DNA of 64,000 nucleotides from positions 7,366 through 71,365 of the forward strand of contig JAYUBN010000148.1 in NCBI GenBank assembly GCA_043740855.1. Direction: 5' to 3'. The notes below the pieces were generated by a model that had not been told where the DNA came from, made no database searches, and was given only the letters and a program-made list of their open reading frames with translations. The stretch comes from Sphingomonadales bacterium (lineage in GTDB: Bacteria; Pseudomonadota; Alphaproteobacteria; Sphingomonadales; Sphingomonadaceae). Made by a program: the position numbers and the translations under genes. Position 1 is the stretch's first letter. Each line of letters begins with the position of its first letter. Below, one piece after another: positions 45,906-56,459 of the stretch.

Positions 45906-47378
45906 CTAGCAAATCGCGCCATTGCCGGTCTGGACAACGGGACAAGGCTTCGTTGTCCATTGCCCGCCAAGCGCCTGGATCAGCGCAACGGCGGCGGCCT
46001 GGCGGCTCACCACGATCTGGATCAATCTTTGTCGGGCCGTATAAGCCGTCGTCTGCGCGGTGATGACAGTGGTGTAGTCGACGGTGCCGGCCCGATACTG
46101 ATTCAGCGCAATCGTCAGGGCGTGGTCGGCGGCATCGGCGGCCTGGGCCAGGTCGACGATTTCGCCGCGATAGACCATCATCGCGGCAAGATTGTCCTCG
46201 ACCTGCTGAAAGGCGCCGAGCACGGCCAGGCGATAATTGGCCACCGCCTCGTTGTATGCCGCGCGCGCGCCGGCCACCTTGGCATTACGCGCACCGAAAT
46301 CGATCAGCGTTTCGGCGGCGGACGCGCCGACCGACCAGAACGAGGCCGCTGCCGAAAACAGGCGGCCCAGCGCGGCGGCATTGCTCGCAGCCGAGCCCGA
46401 GAGCGACACGCTGGGAAAGAACGCGGCGCGCTGGATGCCTATATTGGCGTTGGCGGCGGCGACCAGGCGCTCGGCGGCGGCGACATCGGGGCGCCGCTGG
46501 ATCACGTCACCGGGGATTGCATAGGGGACATCGGGCGTGACCTGCTGCCAGGGGGCGGGTGCAATCGCGAAGGTCGAAGGGTTTTCGCCCACCAGTACCG
46601 CAATCGCATCCTCATAGCCGGCGCGCTGGCGCACCAGATCGCGCAACGATGCCTGGGCGCTGCTCAGCTCGCTTTGCGCACTATAGACGTCGGAACGCGC
46701 CACCGTGCCGCCCGCATATTTATTCTGAGCGATCTTCAGTGATCGGGCATAAGCCGTAACAGTATCTTCGAGCAGGATTTTCTGCGCGTCCAGACCGCGC
46801 AGTTGGAGATAATCGCCGGCCAGTTCGCCCTGCGCGGACAGCGTGGCATTGGCCAATTGCCCGGCGGTGGACTGGGCCTGGGCCTTCGCCTGGCGCACGC
46901 CATTGCCAATCGCCCCCCACAAATCGGGCGCCCAACTCGCCGAAAGATCGGTGTTATAACGCGTGCCCGTACTGCTCAATGTGCCGTTGCTGTTGATGGT
47001 GCCGGTGGAATTGGCAGCAAAACTGCCGCTGCGGGTGACACCGGCCCCTGCCGAGACCGTCGGGAACAGCGCGGCACGATCCTGGCGCAGCAGCGCGCGC
47101 GCCTGATCGTAAGCCGCCCGCTTGGCCGCCACGTTCTGGTTGGTCACGACCACCCTGGCCTCCAGATCGTCGAGCGCGGCATCGTTGAACAGGCGCCACC
47201 ATTCGCCCTTGGCCACCGCATCCCCCGGCTGCGCCACGGCCCAGCCGGGCGCGGCCTTAAAATGGGCCGGCGCCGGCGCCGATGCCGGGACACGGTAATG
47301 CGGCGCCAGATTGCACCCCGCCAGCGCCGTCACGCTGAACCATGCGATCATCTGAAAAAACGGCGGACGGGTTCTCAT
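45906..47378 (-). CDS. RND outer membrane factor lipoprotein (NodT/OprM-like)
   Basis: Lipobox LAGC, WWRLFND, SWAPDLWG, RRPDVAAAER, FQQVEDNL, LIQALGGQW. Confidence 0.93.
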   Translation of the reverse strand: MRTRPPFFQMIAWFSVTALAGCNLAPHYRVPASAPAPAHFKAAPGWAVAQPGDAVAKGEWWRLFNDAALDDLEARVVVTNQNVAAKRAAYDQARALLRQDRAALFPTVSAGAGVTRSGSFAANSTGTINSNGTLSSTGTRYNTDLSASWAPDLWGAIGNGVRQAKAQAQSTAGQLANATLSAQGELAGDYLQLRGLDAQKILLEDTVTAYARSLKIAQNKYAGGTVARSDVYSAQSELSSAQASLRDLVRQRAGYEDAIAVLVGENPSTFAIAPAPWQQVTPDVPYAIPGDVIQRRPDVAAAERLVAAANANIGIQRAAFFPSVSLSGSAASNAAALGRLFSAAASFWSVGASAAETLIDFGARNAKVAGARAAYNEAVANYRLAVLGAFQQVEDNLAAMMVYRGEIVDLAQAADAADHALTIALNQYRAGTVDYTTVITAQTTAYTARQRLIQIVVSRQAAAVALIQALGGQWTTKPCPVVQTGNGAIC

Positions 47379-50300
47379 GCCAAGGTTTCCTGGGGTAATG
47401 TGCCCGATGGGGCAGCGCCGTCGCGGGCCAACAACCGCTCATTTGGGCTTCGGCGGCGCAAGCGGTTGAGCGCCAGATAGACCACCGGGGTTGTCAGCAG
47501 CGTCAGGAACTGGCTGGCAATCAACCCGCCGATGATCGCTACGCCCAGCGGCCGGCGCAGTTCCGCACCCTCGCCAAAGCCGATCGCCAGCGGCAGCGCG
47601 CCCAGCCCGGCAGCCAGCGTGGTCATCAGGATCGGGCGAAACCGCAACAACGATGCCTCGCGGATCGCCTGCAACGGGGTCAGCCCGCGCGATCGTTCGG
47701 CCTCGATCGCGACATCGATGATCAGGATCGCGTTCTTTTTGACGATGCCGATCAGCAGGATCACCCCGATCAGCGCGATCAGGTCGAATTGCCCGCCGCT
47801 GACGATCAGTGCAAAGATCGCCCCCAGCCCCGCCGAGGGCAGCGTGGAAAGCACGGTCAGCGGGTGGATCGCGCTTTCATAAAGGATGCCCAGCACGATG
47901 TAGATCGTCACCAGCGCTGCGCCGATCAGCCAGGGCGTACTCGCCAGCGACTGCTGAAAGACCTTGGCGGTGCCGCCGAAATCGCCATGGACCGTCGCGG
48001 GCAGCTTCAGTGTCGCCTGCGTCGTGGCGATGGTCTGCGCGGCCTGTCCCAGCGTGATGCCGGGCGGCAGGTTGAATGACACCGTCGCCGAAGGCTCGCC
48101 ATTGCTGTGGCTGACCGTGGCATTGGTCGAGGCCGGATCCCAGTGCGCGACCGCGGACAGCGGCACCAGCGTAGTGGCCGCAGTGCTGACCGCGCTGCCG
48201 ACAGCCGCTTTTGCGCCCAAGGTGGGATTGGGCGCTATCACGGGCGCAACCCGGGCCACGTTCCCGGCGATCGGCAGATAAATGTTGCCGAGCGCCTCGG
48301 GATGACCGGTAAAGCCGGGCGCGACTTCCATGACCACATGATATTGGTTGAGGCCCTGGTAGATCGAGGCGACCTGACGCTGGCCAAAGGCGTCGTACAA
48401 GGTGTTGTCGATGGTGTTCATGGCAATGCCCAGTCGTGCCGCGCTCACCCGGTCCACGGTGACATAAGCGCTGGCCCCGGCATCCTGCTGATCGATATCG
48501 ACATCGGTAATGACAGCGGGTTGGCGCTTGAGCGCGGTGACCAGCCGGTCGCCCGCCGACTTGAGCAGATCGGGATCGTCGGCTTGCAGCACATATTGAT
48601 AGGTACTTGTCGTCTGCCGCCCGCCAGCCTGCAGATCCTGCACCGGGTTCAGAAACAGGCTGACCCCGCGAATCCGCGCCAGCTTGGGTCGCAGCCGCTC
48701 GATGACGACATTGACCGGATCGCGGTTGCCGCGCGGTTTCAGGACACTGAACAGAAATCCGCCGCCGGCCCGCGCGCCGCCCGTAAATGCGACCACGCTG
48801 GCCACCGCCGGGTCGGCCTTGACGATGCGAACGATCCGGGTGAGTTTATCCTGCAGATCGTTGAACGACATCGACTGGTCGGCGCGTACGCCCCCGATCA
48901 TGCCGCCGGTGTCCTGCTGGGGAAAGAACCCCTTGGGCGCAACCACCAGCAGATAGACATTCAGCGCCACGGCGCCTGCCAGCAGCAACAGCACCGCGCC
49001 GCGATTGTCCAGCGCCCAGTCCAGGCTGCGGGTATAGCGCGCCTGCGCCCAGTCAAAGCTGCGGCGCGCCGCCCTGAATATGCGCCCCTCACGCTCATGC
49101 GTCCGGCTGATGATCCGCGCCGCCAGCATCGGCGTGGTGGTCAGCGAAATCACCAGGCTGATCGCCACCGCCGCGGTCATCGTCAGCGCGAATTCGCGGA
49201 ACAGCCGCCCGACCAGCCCGCCCATGAAGATCAGCGGCACGAACACCGCGATCAGGCTGAGCGAGATCGACAGCACCGTAAAGCCGACTTCCCCCGCACC
49301 GATCAGCGCGGCCTCCATCGGCGCCATGCCGTCCTCGATATGCCGGGCGATATTTTCGACGACGACGATGGCATCGTCAACGACGAAACCGGTGGCCACG
49401 GTCAGCGCCATCAGCGACAGATTGTCGAGCAGAAAGCCCGACAGATACATGATGCCAAGCGTGCCGAGTAGCGAAACGACGACCGCCACCGCCGGAATGA
49501 TCGTCGCCTTCCAGCTGCGCAGGAACAGGCTGACCACCAGCACAACCAGCAGCGTCGCCACCAGCAGCGTCACTTCCACCTCGCGCAGCGAGGCGCGGAT
49601 CGTGGTGGTGCGGTCGGCGGCGATTTCCAGCTTGATGTCGGCGGGCAGATCGGCCTGCAACGACGGGAGCTGCGCAGTCAATGCATCGACCACCTGGACG
49701 ATATTGGCGCCGGGCTGTCGGCTGATCAGGATTGGCACGGCACGGCGGCCGTTGACCAGGCCCATCGTGCGGACATCCTCGGGGCCATCGCGCACGCTGG
49801 CGACATCACGCAGACGCACCACTGCGCCGTTTCGCGCCGCAATCACCAGCGGCGCGTAATCCGCCGCCTTCACTCCGGCCCGATTGGAATAGACCTGCCA
49901 CGCGAGGCCCGATCCGGTTTTATCGAAGCCTTCGACGACGCCACGCGGGCGACCGGCACTGGCCGATTCGAGCGCGGTGCGGACATCTTCCATGGCGATG
50001 CCGTCGCGCGCCAGCGCCACCGGGTTCAGTTCGATGCGCACCGCCGGCAGCGCCGCGCCGCCCAGTTCGACATTGCCGACGCCGCTGACCTGCAACAGGC
50101 GTTGCTGGACGATGTTCGACACCGCATCATAGATCTGGTCGGGGCTGCGCGTCGGCGACGTCAGCGCCAGGATCAGGATCGGCGCCTCGGCGGGGTTTTG
50201 CTTGCGGTAAGTCGGGTTGGTCCGCAGCGAGGTTGGCAGATCGGCGCGGGCGGCGTTGATCGCGGCCTGCACGTCGCGCGCGGCGCCGTCGATATCGCGC

Positions 50301-50593
50301 GCCAGGTCGAACTGCATGGTGATCGAGGTGGAGGACAGGCCCGACCGCGAAGTCATTTCGGTGACCCCGGCGATCGTGCCGAGATGGCGTTCCAGTGGCG
50401 CGGCGACGGTGCTGGCCATGGTCGAGGGGCTGGCCCCCGGCATCGCTGCCTGCACCTGGATCGTCGGGAAATCAACGGCGGGCAACGGCGCGACCGGCAG
50501 CCGGAAAAACGCGACGATCCCGGCGAGCGCTATGCCAACCGTCAGCAACAAGGTTCCGATCGGGCGGCGGATGAACGGGGCTGACAGGTTCAT
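47375..50593 (-). CDS. mdtC: RND permease, MdtC-like
   Basis: MNLSAPFIRRPIGT, PTYRKQNP, GFVVDDAIVVVENI, GIVKKNAI, RFRPILMTT. Confidence 0.88.
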   Translation of the reverse strand: MNLSAPFIRRPIGTLLLTVGIALAGIVAFFRLPVAPLPAVDFPTIQVQAAMPGASPSTMASTVAAPLERHLGTIAGVTEMTSRSGLSSTSITMQFDLARDIDGAARDVQAAINAARADLPTSLRTNPTYRKQNPAEAPILILALTSPTRSPDQIYDAVSNIVQQRLLQVSGVGNVELGGAALPAVRIELNPVALARDGIAMEDVRTALESASAGRPRGVVEGFDKTGSGLAWQVYSNRAGVKAADYAPLVIAARNGAVVRLRDVASVRDGPEDVRTMGLVNGRRAVPILISRQPGANIVQVVDALTAQLPSLQADLPADIKLEIAADRTTTIRASLREVEVTLLVATLLVVLVVSLFLRSWKATIIPAVAVVVSLLGTLGIMYLSGFLLDNLSLMALTVATGFVVDDAIVVVENIARHIEDGMAPMEAALIGAGEVGFTVLSISLSLIAVFVPLIFMGGLVGRLFREFALTMTAAVAISLVISLTTTPMLAARIISRTHEREGRIFRAARRSFDWAQARYTRSLDWALDNRGAVLLLLAGAVALNVYLLVVAPKGFFPQQDTGGMIGGVRADQSMSFNDLQDKLTRIVRIVKADPAVASVVAFTGGARAGGGFLFSVLKPRGNRDPVNVVIERLRPKLARIRGVSLFLNPVQDLQAGGRQTTSTYQYVLQADDPDLLKSAGDRLVTALKRQPAVITDVDIDQQDAGASAYVTVDRVSAARLGIAMNTIDNTLYDAFGQRQVASIYQGLNQYHVVMEVAPGFTGHPEALGNIYLPIAGNVARVAPVIAPNPTLGAKAAVGSAVSTAATTLVPLSAVAHWDPASTNATVSHSNGEPSATVSFNLPPGITLGQAAQTIATTQATLKLPATVHGDFGGTAKVFQQSLASTPWLIGAALVTIYIVLGILYESAIHPLTVLSTLPSAGLGAIFALIVSGGQFDLIALIGVILLIGIVKKNAILIIDVAIEAERSRGLTPLQAIREASLLRFRPILMTTLAAGLGALPLAIGFGEGAELRRPLGVAIIGGLIASQFLTLLTTPVVYLALNRLRRRSPNERLLARDGAAPSGTLPQETLA

Positions 50594-53500
50594 TGTCGCA
50601 CCACTGCGCCAACGTCATTGCCCACGCCATGCGGATGGGCAGGGTCGGAACCGCCGCCCCGCCGCTGCGCCCAGCGTTCAAACCCCAGAAAGATCACCGG
50701 CGTAGTGAACAGCGTCAGCACCTGGCTCAGGATCAGCCCGCCAGCGATCGCCAAGCCCAGCGGCTGGCGCAGTTCATGCCCCATGCCGCCGCCCAGGATC
50801 AGCGGAATCGCGGCAAACAGCGCGGCAAAGGTCGTCATCATGATCGGTCGGAACCGCAGCAGCGCGGCGCGGCGGATCGCGGTATCGGCGTCCATTCCTT
50901 CCTCGCGCATCGCCGCCAGCGCAAAGTCGATCATCATGATCGCGTTCTTCTTGACGATGCCGATCAGCAACACGATGCCGATGATACCGATCACGCCCAG
51001 GCCATAGCCGGTCAGCGACAGCGCGATCAATGCGCCGACCCCTGCCGATGGCAGCGTGGACAGGATCGTCAGCGGGTGGATGAAGCTTTCATAAAGTACC
51101 CCCAGCACGATGTAGACGACGACGATTGCCGCCACCACCAATACCAGTTCGTTGCCCAGTGCCGACTGGAAAGCCCCCGCCGCACCGCTGAAATCGCTGC
51201 TGATCGAGGACGGCAAGCCAATCTGCTGTTCAACCTTGCCGATGGTGGCGACGGCATGGCCCAGCGACACTCCGGCTGCGAGATCGAAGCCGATCGTCGC
51301 TGCCGGGAATTGCGACTGGCGCGACAGCACCAGCGGCGCCAGCCCCAGGCGGATCGTTGCTACCGAACCCAGCGGTACCGTCCCCCCGCCAGGCAAGGGG
51401 ATATAGAGCTGCGCCAGCCCTTGCGGATCGCCCAGCATCTGCGGCGTCGCCTGCAGGATCACGCGGTTCTGACTCGACTGGGTGTAGATGGTCGAGACGA
51501 TGCGCTGGCCAAAAGCGTCGTACAGAGCGGTATCCACCGCCAGCGCCGACAACCCCAGCCGCGCCGCCGAATCGCGATTGATATCGACGATGGCTGACCG
51601 GCCTTGGCCCAGCACATTGGCATTGACCCCGCGCAGGTCGGCATTGCCCACCAGCGCGGCGGCGAGCTTTGCGCCCCAATAGTTGACCTGGGTCTGGTCC
51701 GCGCCTTGCAGCGCAAAGCGGTACGGGGTCAGGCCGGATTCGGTATCGACGGTCAAGTCCTGCACCGGCTGGAGATAAAGCTTTGCCCCGGCCACCCGCG
51801 CCGCGCGGTCGCTGAGCGCGGCGATCACATCGACCAGGCTGCCACGATCAGCCAGCGGCTTCAGATTGATCAGCATCCGCCCCTGATTGAGCGTGGGGTT
51901 CACGCCATCCACCCCGATCGACGAGCTGAGGCTGGCCACTGCCGGATCGGCCAGCAAGGCCGCCGCCACTTGCTGTTGCAGCGTCGCCATGCGGCCGAAC
52001 GAAGTATCCTGCGCGGCAATGACGGTGGCGGAGATCTGCCCGGTATCCTGCTGCGGAAACAGGTTTTTCGGGATCACCCAGAACAACAGCGCGGTGAGCG
52101 CCACGCTGGCCGCGAACACCAGCATCGTCAGTCCCGCGCGCGCCATCACCTTGTCGAGCCCACGCCCATAGGCATGCGCCAGCCGGTCGAACTGGGCCAT
52201 ACCCCAATCGGCCACGGCAAAGCGGCGTTCGCGATGCGCGGGCAGCAACCAGCGCGCCGCCAGCATCGGCACCACGGTCAGCGCCACCACTGCCGACAGC
52301 ACGATGGTGATCGCAAGGCTGATCGCGAATTCGCGAAACAGCCGCCCGACGACGTCGCCCATGAACAACAACGGGATCAGCACCGCGACCAGGCTGACAG
52401 TGAGCGATATGATGGTGAAGCCGATTTCGCTGGCACCGCGCAACGCTGCGTCGAACGGCTTCATTCCGTCCTCGATATGGCGCGCGATATTTTCCAGCAC
52501 GACGATGGCGTCATCGACGACGAAGCCCGAGGCAATCGTCAGCGCCATCAAGGTCAAATTGTTGATCGAAAAACCCAGCCCCCACATCGCCGAAAACGTC
52601 CCGATCAAAGACAATGGCACCGAAATCCCTGCCACCACCGTCGCCCGCAGCGAGCCCAGGAACAGAAAGAGGACCAGCACCACCAGCAGCACCGAGATGA
52701 CCAGTTCGACTTGCACATCGGCGACCGAGGCGCGAATGCCCGTGGTGCGGTCGGTCAGCAGGCTGACCTTGACGTCGGCGGGGAGCTGCGCCTCCAGCTC
52801 TGGCAGATCGGCCTTGATCCGATCGACCGTGGCGATGACATTTGCGCCCGGCTGGCGCTGGACATCGATGATCACCGCCGGCACCCGGTTCATCCACGAG
52901 CCGTTGCGGACGTTTTCGATGGAATCATCGACGCTCGCAACATCGGCCAGCCGAACCGGGGCGTTATTGGTCCAGGCAATCACTAACGCGCGATAATCGG
53001 CAGCGCCGGTCAACTGATCGTTGGCATCGATCGTCCAGCTTTTGGTCGGCCCGTCGAAGCTGCCCTTGGCCAGATTGGCATTGGCGTTGCCGATGGCGTT
53101 GCGGATCGTCTCCAGCGACAGACCGTGCGCGGCCATCGCCGCGACATTGGCGGTGATGCGCACCGCCGGTCGCTGCCCGCCCGACAGGCTGACCAGCCCG
53201 ACGCCTGATTCCTGCGCAATCTTGTTGGAAAACTGTCGCTCGACGATGCCCTCCACCTCGCCCAGCGGCCGGGTTCGCGAAGAAACGCCCAGCGTCAGCA
53301 CCGCGGCATCGGCGGGATTGACCTTGGCATAGATCGGCGGCGCAGGCAGGTCGGCGGGCAGCAGCGACTGCGCCGCATTGATCGCGGCCTGCACCTCCTG
53401 TTCGGCAATGTCGAGCGACAAGCCGAGGTCGAATTGCAGCGTTATGACCGAGGCGCCCGCAGACGAATTGGACGTCATCCGGGACAGCCCCGGCATCTGC

Positions 53501-53763
53501 CCGAACTGGCGTTCGAGCGGGGCGGTGACGGTCAGCGCCATGACGTCGGGGCTGGCGCCGGGATATAGCGTGCGCACCTGAATCGTCGGATAATCGACCT
53601 GCGGCAGCGCTGCCAGCGGCAGCGAGCGGTAGGCAATGATTCCGGCCAGCAGCAGCGCCACCATCAACAACGTGGTGGCAACGGGGCGCATGATGAACAG
53701 GCGCGAGGGTCCGCCCGGCCGCGCCGAATGCAGCTTGTCGCCGGGCGCAGCTTCGTCGTTCAT
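50590..53763 (-). CDS. mdtB: RND permease, MdtB-like
   Basis: GPSRLFIMRPVATTLLM, PPIYAKVNPAD, GFVVDDAIVVLENI, GIVKKNAIMMIDFA. Confidence 0.88.
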   Translation of the reverse strand: MNDEAAPGDKLHSARPGGPSRLFIMRPVATTLLMVALLLAGIIAYRSLPLAALPQVDYPTIQVRTLYPGASPDVMALTVTAPLERQFGQMPGLSRMTSNSSAGASVITLQFDLGLSLDIAEQEVQAAINAAQSLLPADLPAPPIYAKVNPADAAVLTLGVSSRTRPLGEVEGIVERQFSNKIAQESGVGLVSLSGGQRPAVRITANVAAMAAHGLSLETIRNAIGNANANLAKGSFDGPTKSWTIDANDQLTGAADYRALVIAWTNNAPVRLADVASVDDSIENVRNGSWMNRVPAVIIDVQRQPGANVIATVDRIKADLPELEAQLPADVKVSLLTDRTTGIRASVADVQVELVISVLLVVLVLFLFLGSLRATVVAGISVPLSLIGTFSAMWGLGFSINNLTLMALTIASGFVVDDAIVVLENIARHIEDGMKPFDAALRGASEIGFTIISLTVSLVAVLIPLLFMGDVVGRLFREFAISLAITIVLSAVVALTVVPMLAARWLLPAHRERRFAVADWGMAQFDRLAHAYGRGLDKVMARAGLTMLVFAASVALTALLFWVIPKNLFPQQDTGQISATVIAAQDTSFGRMATLQQQVAAALLADPAVASLSSSIGVDGVNPTLNQGRMLINLKPLADRGSLVDVIAALSDRAARVAGAKLYLQPVQDLTVDTESGLTPYRFALQGADQTQVNYWGAKLAAALVGNADLRGVNANVLGQGRSAIVDINRDSAARLGLSALAVDTALYDAFGQRIVSTIYTQSSQNRVILQATPQMLGDPQGLAQLYIPLPGGGTVPLGSVATIRLGLAPLVLSRQSQFPAATIGFDLAAGVSLGHAVATIGKVEQQIGLPSSISSDFSGAAGAFQSALGNELVLVVAAIVVVYIVLGVLYESFIHPLTILSTLPSAGVGALIALSLTGYGLGVIGIIGIVLLIGIVKKNAIMMIDFALAAMREEGMDADTAIRRAALLRFRPIMMTTFAALFAAIPLILGGGMGHELRQPLGLAIAGGLILSQVLTLFTTPVIFLGFERWAQRRGGGSDPAHPHGVGNDVGAVVRQ

Positions 53764-55052
53764 TGGCTCGGCGCGCGCCGGTGCCGATGCCCGCCATTTT
53801 CGGCCGAAGCCGCAGCGCCGTTGGTGCGGGCTGCTTCTGGGCCTCCCCGGCTGCCCGGCACCTTCACTCGGCTACCATCGTCAAGCCCGTCGGCGCCTTC
53901 GCTAACCACCGTCTGCCCGGCGACAATGCCTGACAGGACGGCAACGTTAACGCCGTCGCTCGGGCCGATCTTGACCACGGCAAGCTTTACCGTGCTGTCC
54001 GGCTGAACGACAAAGGCGAAATCACCCGGTGCGCCATGACGCACCGCGCTGACCGGAACAGTGTTCACATGATGCAGCGTTTCGATCAACAACGAGACAT
54101 TGACGAACTGGTTGGGAAACAACGCCTGCCTGCCATTCGCGCCGGGATTGGCAAAGCGCGCCTTGGCCGTGACAGTGCCGGTGGTGGTGCTGATCTGATT
54201 GTCGAAGGTGCTGAACGTGCCATGCGCCAGCACGGTCCGATTGTCTTGATCGAGCGCGGTAACCGGCAGGCCCGCGGGTGAGGTGGCGCGTTTGCGAATC
54301 GTCGACAATTGCGTTTGCGGCAGTGAGAATTGCACATCGATCGGGTCAATCCGGGTGATCACGGCAATACCGGCGGTGTCGCCGGGCGTAACGTAATTGC
54401 CGACGGTCACTTGCTTGAGCCCGATCTGCCCGTCGACCGGGGCCGTGATCGACGTATAGGCCAGATTGAGCCGGGCAGTGCCGATCGCGGCCCGGTCCGC
54501 CCCCGCCGTGCCCTCCAGCTGCTTGACCAGTGCGGCCTGCGTGTCGACCTGTTGACTGGCGATTGAATCCTGGCGCAACAACGTCTGATAGCGCGTCAGG
54601 TCGATCCGCGCGGCGTTCAGTTGCGCGGTATCGCGCAGCAGATTGGCCTGGGCCTGCTGCAATGCCAGCCGATAGGGCCGCGGATCGATCTGGGCGATGA
54701 CTTGCCCGGCATGGACCTGCTGGCCTTCGCGAAACAGGATCGCGAAGAGATTGCCGGCCAATTGCGTGCGCACCGTCGCGGTATCGACCGGCGTGACCGT
54801 GCCGATGGCCGAAACCGTGACCGGCACATCGCCCGGCAACACCCGGGCCACCGCGACCGCCGCCACCGGACGGCCCGCATGCGCGTTCTTGGCCGCGCCT
54901 GCAGAAGCGAACCACCGTCCGACCAGTGCCGCAACGAGCAACCCCGCCGCAATCAGGGCATAGATCAGCCAAGGGCGGCGGCGCGGTTCTAGTTCGCCAT
55001 ACCCGGGGGGCTCGTCATGGCCTGCGGGCCCATCATGAGTGTCGGTCTGCAC
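53760..55052 (-). CDS. mdtA: RND membrane fusion protein, MdtA-like
   Basis: GTVTP, FREGQQV, QIDPRPY, QDSIASQQVD, ITAPVDG, DNQISTTTGT, LFPNQFVN. Confidence 0.88.
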   Translation of the reverse strand: MQTDTHDGPAGHDEPPGYGELEPRRRPWLIYALIAAGLLVAALVGRWFASAGAAKNAHAGRPVAAVAVARVLPGDVPVTVSAIGTVTPVDTATVRTQLAGNLFAILFREGQQVHAGQVIAQIDPRPYRLALQQAQANLLRDTAQLNAARIDLTRYQTLLRQDSIASQQVDTQAALVKQLEGTAGADRAAIGTARLNLAYTSITAPVDGQIGLKQVTVGNYVTPGDTAGIAVITRIDPIDVQFSLPQTQLSTIRKRATSPAGLPVTALDQDNRTVLAHGTFSTFDNQISTTTGTVTAKARFANPGANGRQALFPNQFVNVSLLIETLHHVNTVPVSAVRHGAPGDFAFVVQPDSTVKLAVVKIGPSDGVNVAVLSGIVAGQTVVSEGADGLDDGSRVKVPGSRGGPEAARTNGAAASAENGGHRHRRAPSQ

Positions 55053-55300
55053 CGGCTGGCTCCTTCAATTTTACTGACACGACCGCTGACCCGCGCCTTT
55101 TCGTTGACCGACCAGTACGATGGCAAATCATTATTTCCCACATTTTGTATCAGACCTATCGAAAACGCATTGGCACCGCCGACATGAGGCGATGATCGAG
55201 CCCGAGCCGCAGACCGGGCCAGCAGCCCATCAGGCCCTTGATCGCGCCGATGACCGCCAACCTTGTTCCCAACCTGCTGCCTTTATCCTAAGCCGCTGCA

Positions 55301-56458
55301 ATGCATAGCCCGCGTTCCATTTCATGCCTGGCCGATCTGGCCGATCCGCTGCCTTGCCCCCGCCTGGTGGTAAAGGTGGGGTCTTCGCTGCTGGTCGATG
55401 CCGGCGGCGCCCGGCGCGCGTGGCTGGCGGCACTGGTCGCGGAGATTGCAGCGGCACGTGCGCGCGGCCAAGATATCATCGTCGTCAGTTCAGGCGCAAT
55501 TGCGTTGGGCGCGCGCCGGCTGGGACTCGAAAAGGGCGGGCGGGGCAGTCTGGCAGATGCGCAGGCAGCGGCTGCGGTGGGCCAGATCGCGCTGTCGGGC
55601 CTATGGGCGGAGTTGCTGGGCGGCCATGGTTTGACGGCAGCGCAATTGTTGCTGACGCTGGATGATCTGGAGGATCGGCGGCGCTATCTCAATGCCACGG
55701 CGACGCTGACGCGGCTGCTCGATGCCGGGGCGGTGCCGGTCATCAACGAGAACGACAGCGTCGCCACTCAGGAAATCCGCTTTGGCGATAATGATCGGCT
55801 GGCGGCGCGGGTGGCGCAGGCGGCGCGGGCCAGTGCGGTGCTGCTGTTATCGGATGTCGATGGGCTGTACGATCGCCACCCCGCCGCGCCTGGCGCGCGC
55901 TTGCTGCCCGTGGTGCATGGCATCACCGCCGAAATTCGCGCCATGGCCAGCCCGGTGTCGGGGTCGGGAATGGGCTCGGGCGGAATGCAATCGAAGCTTC
56001 AGGCAGCGGAGATCGCGGAGTTGGCGGGGATTGCGCTCGCCATCGGCAACGGGACCAGCGCGCAGCCGGTCGCGCGGGTTACGGTGCAAGGCGTCGGCAC
56101 GCTGTTTTTGCCGCGCAACGATCGGGTAGGACGCAAGGCAGGCGCGCGCAAGGCATGGCTGGGCGGACGGTTGCGGCTCAAGGGCGGCTTGATCGTCGAT
56201 GCCGGCGCGGCGCGGGCGCTGGCCAACGGCAGCAGCCTGCTCGCCGCGGGAATTACCGCCATCGCGGGGGAATTTCATCGCGGCGACGCCATCGCGATCC
56301 GCGATCCCGCCGGGCACACGCTGGCGCATGGCTTGTCAGAATACGATGCGGCAGATTGTGCCTTGCTGATCGGGCGGCAATCCGCCGAGCACGCCGAACT
56401 GCTCGGCTATGCGCCGCGCCGGGCCGTGGTCCACCGTGACCAGCTGGTGCTGTTGTGA
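55301..56458 (+). CDS. proB: Glutamate 5-kinase
   Basis: VVKVGSSLL, VSSGAI, AAVGQ, INENDSV, FGDNDRL, GSGGMQSK, PUA domain ending VHRDQLV. Confidence 0.96.
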   Translation: MHSPRSISCLADLADPLPCPRLVVKVGSSLLVDAGGARRAWLAALVAEIAAARARGQDIIVVSSGAIALGARRLGLEKGGRGSLADAQAAAAVGQIALSGLWAELLGGHGLTAAQLLLTLDDLEDRRRYLNATATLTRLLDAGAVPVINENDSVATQEIRFGDNDRLAARVAQAARASAVLLLSDVDGLYDRHPAAPGARLLPVVHGITAEIRAMASPVSGSGMGSGGMQSKLQAAEIAELAGIALAIGNGTSAQPVARVTVQGVGTLFLPRNDRVGRKAGARKAWLGGRLRLKGGLIVDAGAARALANGSSLLAAGITAIAGEFHRGDAIAIRDPAGHTLAHGLSEYDAADCALLIGRQSAEHAELLGYAPRRAVVHRDQLVLL

Positions 56459-56459
56459 G

